A stretch of 64,000 bases of DNA, from positions 1 through 64,000 of the forward strand of contig NMRA01000249.1 in NCBI GenBank assembly GCA_002633005.1, written 5' to 3'. The notes under the pieces are model-generated. The model was not told where the DNA came from. It worked only from the letters and a program-made list of their open reading frames with translations, and did no database searches. Each line of letters begins with the position of its first letter. Position 1 is the first letter of the stretch. Below are positions 51,001 to 62,543 of the stretch, piece by piece. Made by a program: the position numbers and the translations under genes. The DNA comes from Phoronis australis (lineage: Eukaryota; Animalia; Phoronida).

Positions 51001-54000
51001 AATCATGTCGTCTGCCGCGCAAAGACCTAAAGAATTCGAGGATTATTTTACAAACCGAGAGATGTTCCAGAGACAGACATTGATTCAGATGCTGGTACGA
51101 CAAATAATNNNNNNNNNNNNNNNNNNNNNNNNNNNNNNNNNNNNNNNNNNNNNNNNNNNNNNNNNNNNNTTATGGCATGTGTGGATACACCACTGCAATA
51201 ATTTAACTATGCTAGTTTTCAATTTAAAAGTTTTTCTTTGAAACAATTACTTATAGCGGTGGTAAGTCAGACAGAATATGCTTCTTTGCATTATTATTCC
51301 AATCCCATCTACATCATTATTAGATTTTGCACTTCCTATTATTTCCATCTACCGTTACTACATTTTACGCAAATTTGTAATCAATGTTATTATTCCAGTC
51401 TATATTATTTTTAATTTTCCACAAATTTCCCGTCTATACCATTATTCCTAAGAATTTGCTGTTTTGCATTATTATTCTCTTCTATAACATTATTAGATTT
51501 TACCTAAATTTGTAACCAATATTATTATTCCAGTCTATACTATGTTTAAATTTCCACAAATTTGCCGTCTATACCATTATTCCATTCTATACTATTATTT
51601 TTTTTTTCGACAATTTCCGGTCTATACTATTATTCTACTTTTCTAGTGGCAAAAATGTTGGGTCTATACTATTATTAGAGTCTCTACTATTATTAAAAAT
51701 CGTGAAATTTTCCAGTCTATACTATTATTGCTGTCTCTACTACTATTCGGAACTCCAGAGTACAGTAGTAGCAGGAGTGCTATCAGGTGAAGCAGTAATT
51801 TAAAATTTATTAATCTTGTTATTTATACATGTGGCGGACCTAAAATAGCTCATTCCTCATGCATATGTTGGCTGGCTTCTGATACCTGGTCCCCACCACA
51901 TCCCTGTTTGATGTGACTACCAGGTATGATGACTGCTGTGTACTTGTTTGTCAAATAATACCTCTTTGTGTTCCCCCAAGGTTTACCCACAGGCTAAGTG
52001 CCTGCCCTTTATTGGTTCATTTTCACACCCTATTCATGGTGTCTTATATGGTGTTTGCCAATTAAGTGTACTGTTAAAAGGACTATGGTGAGGGCCATTG
52101 AGTTGATTTTTAATGCTTGTCTGAATCTTAAAGCAATCTGTTTGTGAGCATTACTTCAGCAGTTTAACTCAGGTATTGTTATTTTTTATCTTCAAGGCAT
52201 ATCTTTAAGCAGGAAAATTAATTTGGGGGGGGGGGTCAGCTGGACTAGATCATACTTATTGAGCTCTGGGGATCATCCTACTCCCTTCTGGAGGAATTGT
52301 TGGATTGTGGGGACAGGTGCTGCTCTTATGATATTTTTCACTGTGATATAGGATTCTATTTCCAGTCAATGTGTACATTCACCATGTTTGAATTTGCAAT
52401 TGACCAACTGAAAGAGGTTTCATGATTTTCCAACTGGCGATTTTAACATTGGCCAACCTCAATGAACTCTGAAGCATTTTCTTAAGTTGTGATGTTTTGT
52501 TGGTTTCAAAAATAGAATCCTGTCATAGTACGGAATGTTTTAGAGCATTATTTGCCAGCTAAACAGCAAAACGGAGCTTTAAAGTTTACGTCATGCTTCC
52601 CAGTTTAAGGTCCAGTGCAGTGGAGAAGAGCCAAGATATACCCTGCAAGGGGCTTCAGGCGGACTTTCTCTTAAAACATATTTGAATTCTTTCACTTCCA
52701 AAGTTTTCATAGAACTGTATTGCTTAATGACAAAGTAATATTGAGGATACCAAGAAGTACAACATGTATGTGTTTAAAGCATCAAATCACTCTAAACTTT
52801 GTTGTTTTTAAACTGTGAGGATGAGAAGGACTCACTGTTGATATTCTAAAATTATGACAACATACATTGAGACAGGTATTTCCCAGGTAGACTATTCAGG
52901 ATTTCAGGTGAAAAAACACGATCAGCAGTTAACAAAATATAGGTCTTGAGCCATCCAGGAACTTCGTAATATTGTACAATCAGCGGTTGAACTTCATACA
53001 CTGCTAGCCTCGGAATGTACATCATCTCATGTCTGAAATCTGAAACAGAATCCTCTTGAATTTGAGTCAATTAAACCTAGATCATGGGTTGTTTAGAGGC
53101 CTTTGCATTCATTGCAATTCCAACATGTAATAGAAAGAAATGCCTTCAAAAATCAAAATTGAAAAACAATGTTAAACTATTAGAAAGAAATTCCTATACA
53201 AAAGAAAAGCAATGTCAAAAACCATTTAGAAGTAAATTCCTTCAAAAAGCAAAAATATGTCAAACCATAGTTATATCTTAAAAAAATTAAGAATTAACTA
53301 AAACTCAATGTGTGTATCGGCTTCTTTGGCAGTTATGGACTCGCCAATACGCACATGTGACCGTGAAATACGGGTTGAACCCCAATAGCTGATTACTTGT
53401 CTGCAAGTGTTATCCACGCTATTGTAAATATTACAAGTTATCAAATGTTATTGATTTTATGCCACTCAGCTCAAGTAATAAAACATTGGTCCACAAAAGT
53501 ATAATATTTGACAGACAATACATTTTATCTCTCGTAGCACTTCTTTTCCTGGTGCGAGAAAGTTAACAACTGCGGTGTACGGTTTTCAAAATGTGTTAAA
53601 CACGTCACGGAAAACTATGTATAGGGAGAGTTAAAGTACGAGAGAGTTGTCGCCAAAAAGCTTCAATTTTTGTGTATTTGAAAATGTTGATGATTATGTT
53701 GATTCCTCAGCATTTTAAAAATGGAAGCAAAATCCCGGCAGGTGGTTGTTATAGGCTTTACTGACTTAAGCAGTATAATTTTGGAAATCGGTTGACCAGT
53801 TGCACAGTAATTAGCAAAACCTCAGAATCTGGATGCGGAGATTACGAGCAAAATTCGATAAAGTTGAAAGATCAGGTGACAGCAATGTTCGGCTCAATTA
53901 TGTAAACAACCTTTTTCTTTAGTAAATCAATTAAAAAGACCTGTTGGTTGTTGCTGAAGAAATCATGTCCCATGTTGATGATCTGTCTGTCATTCACCAT

Positions 54001-57000
54001 TAGAATTTTAATTTGTTAATTTCTTGCCAAAAATGCGCACGATTCATTGATGGCTGGAGCTTGTCAATAGTTCATTGTTTGAAATACCTGAAACGGCTAC
54101 TGTATTTATTGTACTGGGGTTTACAACCAGATATCCTTAGAACAAAAACATCATGGCTCCAATAAATGTCATGGTTACATATTTCGAAATATTTGCAAAT
54201 TAGGACCAAAAAGGAAAATGCGCACTTTCCCTTGGCATGGAAGACAATAAGGTCAGAGGTGATAGCCCAGAAACTATGAACCTTCGCATGTCGATTCCCA
54301 GCTGATGGGTTGCCTGGCGTTTGTTTATCACGCATGGTCGCATGACGTGCAAACTCCTCGAAACAAGTATTAACAGGTACCAAAGCAAGGTGATTTTTGC
54401 CACTGTAAATGCACCATATTTTAGCCAATGAAAGTTGAAGACTGAGAATTAATGTTTTCTAAGCCAGTAAAACTACACGTCACATTTCAAGCAGTATTGT
54501 GGTTGAAATGGTCACAAGAGTTAAAGCAAATTAAATGCGAGATATGCTGATTTAGGAATCTGTGTGGCCAATACTGTCATATGGCTTTGATACTGAGTGA
54601 GGATGTCAGGAATTATAAAGTCCATGAAGGGAAAATGTTTAAGGATATCTGATGAACGATTTACTAATTTGAAAGAATCAAGGCGCATGAACTTTGGATT
54701 TTGTGTCTTCGTCCTGTTGTGATTGGAGCAAGGCTTAGACTTGCTCACAAACCATCTTTGTTTCCCTCCAAATCTTTCGAGTTCCTGAATGGACGTTCAT
54801 GAAATCTGGCAAGGCAAATTGTTTTCTATTGGCAAGACTTCAACACCTTTCAATTTTCACACCGGTTTTATGGTACTAATTAACATCCCTAGAAGCTTGC
54901 CACATGTGGTGCAATCGTGCGAAACTATACTTCAATGTCTTACCTGTGCTAAGCACTCACCTGTCCTTTTTGTTCAGTAGACGAATGTCTGCATGCTTCT
55001 GTTCCTGTGTCAGTCTGACTTACTTGTGTGACGAGCTGTTTGGTGATGACGTACTACATTCTCATGTCCCCCTTTCAGGCACAACACGCTAGAAGTGAGC
55101 ACAGATGGCATTGATCTGTCGGCCTCCTGCAGTTTCAACTTGCGTGATCGCCGTGCCTGGAAGTTGGCCATGGACGGAACCAACACCCATGCTGACATCA
55201 CACCCACGGGCACAGGTAAGGTGCTTTACTAAATCATTGCATGTGTTTCTGTTGATTGCCTTCAAGTGCTTGAAATTTCGTTTTATGTTACTTTATTTCG
55301 TCAAAACAAAGTCTTTGTAGTCGGTGGTAGACCAGCTTACCTGATTTGCGAGTTTGTATGGGTTAGTACCCTTGGAGCTACATTTGAGTAGGACTCATGG
55401 TTGATCAAATGAAACGTTGTCAAAATGTGGTCAGTGAAGCAAACATTTACTGTCTGTAATGGAGTGGAAGGACTTAAGTGTGTATTAAACAAAAGTTAAC
55501 AGAAATAGTTGTTCTTGCAGTTTCTGTGCTTGAGCATATACCACCTCATCTAGTTCCATGTCGCCTATATGTCAACTGCATGATATTTATCAAAAAAAAC
55601 ATTGAGCAGTATTGATTTCACTTGACAACCATATCCAGATGAGTGCAAGACTGGCTTCAGTCTATAAGTTGAGTAGACTTTAAATCATGGGTCACTTTTT
55701 TTAACGCATTCGTTAATATCAACACCTTTTGATGACTTACATCTAGTTGACATTGGACACTAGTAGAGTTTAGTTACCACCCCATCGCTTATTTGATACC
55801 CAACACTTATGAATCAGTGGTGTTTTAAACTCATTTTACTTGACGCTTATTCGGCACCGGTAGGCTTATTAACGGGCCTGTGCTAATACAGGACGCCAAA
55901 CAGTGTTTGTTTTTGCTTAGAAATTTCTCAAGATAAGGTTTCTGTTATCGACCATGTAATGTGCTAAATTGAAGACTGTTCTTAATGTTATAGTCAGTGG
56001 TGTTCGAAGAAGGAATGTAAAAATCAGGCGGGCATCGAGCGTATCGTAACTGAGTGGGCTTGTTTGAAAATAAGTTTTTAAAAATTCTTTGAAACATGCT
56101 TCACTGTTTATACGTGAAAGGCCTGAAGGCGCGTTTCATTTCTACACGTTCTCATTGCTATTCCTTATCCTTTATTGTCAAGCTAATGCTGTCATAGCGT
56201 ACCCTGAACATGTATTGTGCCTCTTTCATCTTATCTTGCATTGACTTGTTGTTATTAAAAAACACGTCAGCGTAGTCATGCATATTTTATTAGGCTTGAA
56301 ACATTGCGATCAGGTTTCTGACACAAACTGAAACGTTTTTCACTTGCAGTAGCAGCGGTAACGAAGGTGGTTGTTAGCTGATTGGCAGGAAAAGTAATTG
56401 ACAACATTGATTTTTTCTTAATTTCCAAAGGCTACGTGTCTGTTGCGTAAGTCCTTAATTTCCCAAAGCATTTTGTCAAGCTAATTGGGTATAGAACTTG
56501 TCATAAAGAAACTACCGTAATATATATTAGGTTTTAAATTTATTTGCTAAAATTTCACTGTAACTTCATGGCGGAATTGTGATTATTGCTCTGTTGGAGA
56601 CCAGCAAACTAAAAATCAATTAAAAGTCCTTGAAATTTTATGATCTTAAAGTTATGTAGGACCCTAAAAACTGGTCAAATTTGGCAAATTTCACAACATT
56701 GTATAGACTCTGAAATGGCTGATCAGATTTATATAAAACTTTCAGATTGCATGCTTTGTTCACTATTCTCCAAAGCGTTGTTAGGAATTGTAAATTTTTT
56801 TTTTAATTTTCCACTTTGGCACGAGGAGCTTCATAATACAGGACTTTTCTAATTTTTATAAAAAATTATCAAGAAGTTGCATAAAACAAAAACGAGATGT
56901 TAACTTAGAGAAAACGGTTTTGAAATTTCACCTTGAAATTTTTATCAAAGGAAACTTGGTCATAGTATTGACACCATTGTTATGCTATGGATCTATCAAT

Positions 57001-60000
57001 CGTAATTCTTTTCTGCTGTTTCTACCAAAAAGACATTGTCATGTGACCCAATTAGTAGCAGATCATTGGTATGAAGTCAAAAATCACATTGTACAGGCTT
57101 GCTACTTTCAGAAAATATGTACTTTTACAGAGAATTAAAATCAACAGTTTTGTAGATATTTGATTATGAATACACCCACAAGTTGATTCAGATCCATCAA
57201 AAGTACTACCCAGGTGAAAACAAGATGTCATCCATCTCTCTGCTTGAACATTTTTGATGTCAGAATATCATAGAGTGTTTGTCTCTGTGTGAATGACAAT
57301 AGACTGTCAGCCAAGAGTAGTGATATTACATTGTCAAACAATTGAGCTACCTCCATCTTGAAGTTGGTACTTATTGATTACCTGACAGCATGGGATCCTT
57401 CATTTACCTAGCAGTGTTCTAGAGCAATTTATGAAGACTGTGACGTAGCGAGCCATTTGTGATCAGTTCAGGACACAAGGTGGTGGTTGAGTAGGGATTA
57501 TATGATGCCATATTTCTCAAAATAAATTTTCCATTCCAAGTTTTACTTCATCTTCGTAAGCATATTTTTTTACTGAACAGCCGTTGGTAATCCAACATTT
57601 AGCGGAATCGTACCTGATTCTTGAAAAATTGAAAGTGGCCTTTAAAGGGTTTTCCTCAAAATTGAGGATTCTGAAAATTTTTTGATCCAGATGAGATAGA
57701 GAAGAGATCCGCATATTGAAATTTTGCATGTGGCAGTTTACTTTTATTTGTCATTTTTTGTTTCATTATTTTGCTTACAATCATTGAACTCTTAACCAAC
57801 AGTTTTTAAAGTTGAAGTCATTTGAGGAAACTTTGCCTTTCTGATAATCATATTACTTTATGAGCACTGGAAAAAAAAAAGATTTGGTAAAAACCAGCCC
57901 ATCTTCTCAATTTTTGTAGACATTCCCAACTTTTCTTGCACATAAATCACCCTCCAATGGTAATTCTACACTTAATTTACACAAAAATATTTGCCAAAAG
58001 TGTCATTTTGTTCAATTTTCAAAGACTGATCATCATGGAAACTTTACCAAACGTTGCTCTATGACATCTACACATTGCAAGTGATACTGAAAGTTCTCTA
58101 AAATTTTCTTAATTTTTATTTTTTGTGGNTTTTAAAGTTGAAGTCATTTGAGGAAACATTGCCTTTCTGATAATCATATTACTTTATGAGCACTGGAAAA
58201 AAAAAAGATTTGGTAAAAACCAACCCATCTTCTCAATTTTTGTAGACATTCCCAACTTTTCTTGCACATAAATCACCCTCCAATGGTAATTCTACACTTA
58301 ATTTACACAAAAATATTTGCCAAAAGTGTCATTTTGTTCAATTTTCAAAGACTGATCATCATGGAAACTTTACCAAACGTTGCTCTATGACATCTACACA
58401 TTGCAAGTGATACTGAAAGTTCTCTAAAATTTTCTTAATTTTTATTTTTTGTGGCCAAATTTGACCAAATGGAATTTCAGTTGTCGGCCATATTGTGTGC
58501 TAAGTAAGTGAACAATTAGGTCCATGTAAGTGTTGTGAGTCCAGTGGAATGATGTTCAGTTAGGGTGTGAGCCTGGTGATCATGCATGAGCCTGATATGA
58601 ATTCATATGTAACCAAAATAGGGTGTAATTCACAAAGTGTTGTTTATACTCAAACTGTTTATAGAAGTCCATGCTGTTATTCATTAAATGTTTGTAATAG
58701 AAGCCTGTGGGGTGTACCATTGCCCAATGTAAACCCACTCTTGTGGAACCTGGCACCCATTTTTGGAACCTGTGGATTTATGCCCAGTAGATGAGTTACA
58801 TTGATATTGTACCACTTTGTGGTTACCACATGCTTAAAGACTTTTTGGTTTGTCTCATGTTGTTGGTAGGTGCACTGTGATGTGATGGTCTTAATAATTC
58901 ATTTTCTTCTACATATATGAGTAGTTATATGCTCTTTCACGGAAATAGTTGTTTGGTATTACGTTTAAGGAATTTGTCAAAAAAAACTGTCCTACTTGTC
59001 GAAATTAGTGTGCGGTATTGTTTTGGTTTTTGAATATTTGGAAACAGGTTCTTAAGGGTGCAGCAAAGGATGTGCTGAGGTTCCCAAAGATGATTTTTTG
59101 TTGTGTGGGAATTGCCTCTGTTCAGCTGATGTCTGGGAGACCATTCTAATCTGTACATGCATTTTGACAATTCTTACGAAAGTACTCCCTAAAGTTTTTG
59201 AAAAGTTTTGTCGAAAGTAGGTGAAGTTTCAGGTAATAATCAAATAATGTTTACATAGATCATTTGAAATCCAGTAACATTTTATCCCAGTCCCCAGTTT
59301 TCACCATAACTTTGAGTCTGCAAAACTCCTTAACTTTATTGGAAAAAAAACGTAGCACAATTGCCAATCTTGCAAGTAGTTATGGGGCAACAGACTAATG
59401 TAGAGGGAATTTTCTGTACTCGACTTTGTTGGTCTTATGATAGGGAGTGTTTATGAACTGGAGGAGGAATATCATCAGGCTCTGGCTTCCAACATTGTGC
59501 AGGAACTACTTCATAAACAACGGCAACGAGAAAAGCGTAATATTACAGATAGTGGTTCTGAGGAGGAAAAGAATTCTGTGTCAAGCGTAAGTAGTCCCAA
59601 TGATAGGTAAAGAGGGAAAAATTTGTGATAGTTTTCAGAACCATTTGGACAGACTTTGCCAGAACTCTGTCAGGGACTGTTAAATTGGGCGGTATTTCTT
59701 GCGAGAATTACTTGGCAGTTTGGTTTAACTTATGTCGCAGAAAATAGCGTTTTTGTTGAATTTTAGGCTAATTATAAATGGGATAGTAAATCGAGTTGTC
59801 ATGATTTTAGCAAAGGGCATTAAGCAATAGCTGCCAAGATTTAGCCTGAATTGAAACAGTTCTAGTCAAAATGAAATGTATATTTATTAGCAGTTTTGTT
59901 TATCGAAACTTTGTGGTTTCGAAACCCCCACGTCTCGTTACTCAAGGTCGTCACCGCCATCCAGTTGATTGTAGTTGACGGGGCTATTCAAACCACAATC

Positions 60001-62543
60001 CCTGTATCGTTACGACTTTTCCCACCTGATGCTTCTCTGATTTTTGTGCTCAAATATTTATCCTTGCAAATTTCATGGATGTCTATGATGTTGTATTAGT
60101 TATCACTAAAGAAGAACCCACAATGTAGCAGACAGCTTTATTTTTCAAATATTTTAAGTCTTTTTGGTAACTTAATGATTATATTTTTCATACAACTAGA
60201 GTCGTTATGAATATTCATTCAATGCTTGTGTGTTAATTCTGCAATCTCTTCTCTACAAGTCCCCCACAATTATGCATGCTTGCAAGCCCTGGCTTACCGA
60301 CTCCCTGAATATCCCACTTGAAACTGGTGCCATGCTTACATGCTGGAATTTACTTGTGCCACCTTACTTCCCCACAGGCTCCTCTGATGCCTAGGCACAC
60401 ATTGGAAAGCCTACAGGCGCTGGCGGACTTTTCGTCTGACTTTAAACTAGTGCAGGAAATGCCTGAACGTGTTGTGCAGCTGATCGAGGCTCAACTGAAG
60501 GAGAGGGCCAATCAACCTGCCAAGTCGTCGAGGGCTGAGCCGGGCGACGGGGGGCAGAACATTATGATCAACATCTGGGACTTTGCCGGCCAGGCTGTGT
60601 ATTACACTACGCACCAGGTGAGTGTGTGCGTGCGTGTGTGCGTGTCATTATTTGTTATTCTTACAAATGTACAGCTAAAAATTCTTGCGGACAAAAATAA
60701 TCTCCTAAACTCTCATCAACGCTTGCTGGATTTCTGCAGTTTATCAAACTTCGTTTTGTGACAGCTGTGTCACAACATCATGGGGAACAGCATTAAATAA
60801 CCCATAGATTACTCATTTAGTGGCCTGACTCATTTCATGTTGTTTACATGGTGTTGTTATGATCACACCTTGAATAGTGCATCACTTTCACAAATACATG
60901 TCAGGCATGAGTAAGAACCTTGTGAGTGAGAAGACACAGTGTGTGTTTGTGACAACTCTGCCATTAGCAGATTCCATCATCGACAGCATTCATATATGTT
61001 TTCGAGTGATAGTGTTTTATAGTCATCCACTACTTCAGTAAATCCGCCATTTTTGTTTTAGTCTTCGTCTGATGTAATGGGGAAACTGCGTGACAAATTT
61101 CCGGCACATTTTTACAGTTTGACGAGGATACCGTAATTAGAGTTAATTTAGGATCATTATTACGTCTGAAATGTATCAAGTCATAAGCCTTGTTAACATT
61201 TTATGGCAAGAAATTGTTATTGATGAGCGTGCAAGGAGATGAAGCGAGTTGTTGCTTTTGATCTTAGCATTAAACTTAAAGTCTGCGTTTTTTCACCGCA
61301 ATGCCTCAAAAGGTTGTTGATGATATGCTGAATTATAAGTAGGAAATCGGAAGAAAATTAAGTGTCTACCATTAGGGGATCAATCAAGATGTGTTTCCTA
61401 ATGTAATTTTCCAAAGTTCATGATGGGGGGGGGACGCTTATGATTATTCTCTTGGTTTCTTCTTGTTTTGTTGTTTTTACATATGGCAGAGAATGTTGAA
61501 GTTACTTTTGAACACTGCAGACTGCAGTATCAATCCAAATACAGCTTATATGAGTAGGATTAACGTTAAATGTGGTTAAGTTATGATTTGAGAAGTCAAA
61601 CATGAAAAGCAAACCTCAGGCCAACGTGATGGCTCACAACCATCGCGTTCTACAAATAGACTACTTAGTAGATATGCATCACATGACGTGATCAAACAGC
61701 AACTAAAATTAGTCAATTTTATGTTTCCGTGGCAACTGCGGCATCATTTACTGCAACCCAGTATCATTGTCCTCGTCTTTTTCAGTGTCTTACATCAATA
61801 GCTTATTCGTTATTAGCGTTCTGAGATGTCGATAAAAGTGGGGAGTTAGTGGGATGTAATTTTGATCTCAGTACAAGTTTTTATGCTTATAAGCTCACGC
61901 AGTATAGCCCAAGCCTATGCCTTCGAAAGTATTGACCTTTCTGAGCTTTGTATAATTTTTGTAATGGGATGAGAAGCACCTACCACCCTCATACAGATCA
62001 CTTCTATAGATCTATATTTCCATGCCGGTTTAAGATTTACATAATCTTTACTGAAGTAGTTGGTTACATCAGACACAGAAGACAATGCTTGCCACTTTTT
62101 GGCTTACACATTGTTTTCATGTAACTCAAAAAAAGAAATAACGAGATTTTAGTGACTTGCCTCAGCCTCCACTGTCTCGCATGAACCAATTGAAGTTGTC
62201 ATCTGTTCGTGATATCACGTGGTGTGAGACTACAACAATGCTTATTTAGATAACGCATTGCTGGTGAACTATCTTGTTGGCCCGAGCAGGTTTTTCTGTC
62301 ATGTATGTGACTTCTCAAATCGTAATTAAATAAGTTTTAACCTTTGAGTCTTTCCCTTTAAAGCTACTTTACGGCAGTAGAAACCCACAGGTGTTCTCAC
62401 TTAGTATGTTGCTGGGTTTTCATGTCGTTAGTTTTCCTCTCCAGGTATTCCTCACATCCAGAGCTGTTTACGTGATTGTTTTCAACTTATGCCATGACTT
62501 GGAAGACAGGGCCCACACTCAACTCTGGCAGTCCGATGACCAG
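47601..62543 (+). CDS. Neuralized (NHR) domain - Roc GTPase (ROCO family) protein, 3'-incomplete. Coding exons 47601-48087, 48917-49079, 55079-55215, 59444-59586, 60378-60617, 62445-62543 (423 aa visible)
   Basis: NHR motifs: FHHVHG..IVLS...TVATR, FCNGIVFS, WSGAIRIGVT..NP, ACPDLT...GYWARA, LWLMLDLYGNT. Roc motifs: PIEIVARG, RLMLVGQDRVGKTSL (P-loop), STDGID (switch I), [31 protein letters not shown] (G3). All introns are GT-AG with compatible phases (1, 2, 1, 0, 0). Confidence 0.88.
48917..49079 (+). CDS. Exon: pre-Roc helix and P-loop
   Basis: ttgttag|AT GAA GCT ... CAG AG|gtaagt; GQDRVGKTS. Confidence 0.92.
49556..49637. repeat. Two-copy 41-bp tandem duplication
   Basis: tataccctccagcatgacacRtgcagttggtccctgtgccc x2, one mismatch. 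Confidence 0.9.
50129..51760. mobile_element. ~1.6-kb non-autonomous DNA transposon with TA TSD and a one-sided sub-terminal repeat array
   Basis: TA|CTCTCGAGTTCCGAATAGTCGTA ... TACTACTATTCGGAACTCCAGAG|TA (2 mismatches); many tctataYYattatt motifs at ~51290-51745; includes a 61-N gap at 51109-51169. Confidence 0.8.
55079..55215 (+). CDS. Exon: Roc switch I (STDGID)
   Basis: cccctttcag|G CAC AAC ... ACA G|gtaagg; frame not shown in the ORF track. Confidence 0.85.
57804..58454. repeat. 325-bp direct duplication separated by a single N (probable assembly artefact)
   Basis: 57804-58128 vs 58130-58454, two substitutions seen, N at 58129. Confidence 0.85.
59444..59586 (+). CDS. Exon: charged helical insertion within Roc (SVYELEEEYHQALASNIVQELLHKQRQREKR...)
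   Basis: atgatag|GG ... AGC|gtaagt; phase 1->0 links the flanking exons; open, protein-like frame. Confidence 0.75.
60378..60617 (+). CDS. Exon: end of insertion and Roc G3 (WDFAGQ)
   Basis: cttccccacag|GCT ... CAG|gtgagt; 240 nt. Confidence 0.9.
62445..62543 (+). CDS. Exon: Roc strand [15 protein letters not shown]
   Basis: ttttcctctccag|GTA ... CAG|gtaagt; 99 nt. Confidence 0.9.

Noticed and set aside
57804-58454. Biological 325-bp tandem duplication
   Set aside because: The copies meet at a single N and differ by about two substitutions, typical of an unmerged contig or haplotype overlap
47601-62543. Naming the gene neur, NEURL4, LRRK2 or DAPK1
   Set aside because: The architecture matches none of them: a single NHR directly before Roc, with no RING, LRR or kinase visible
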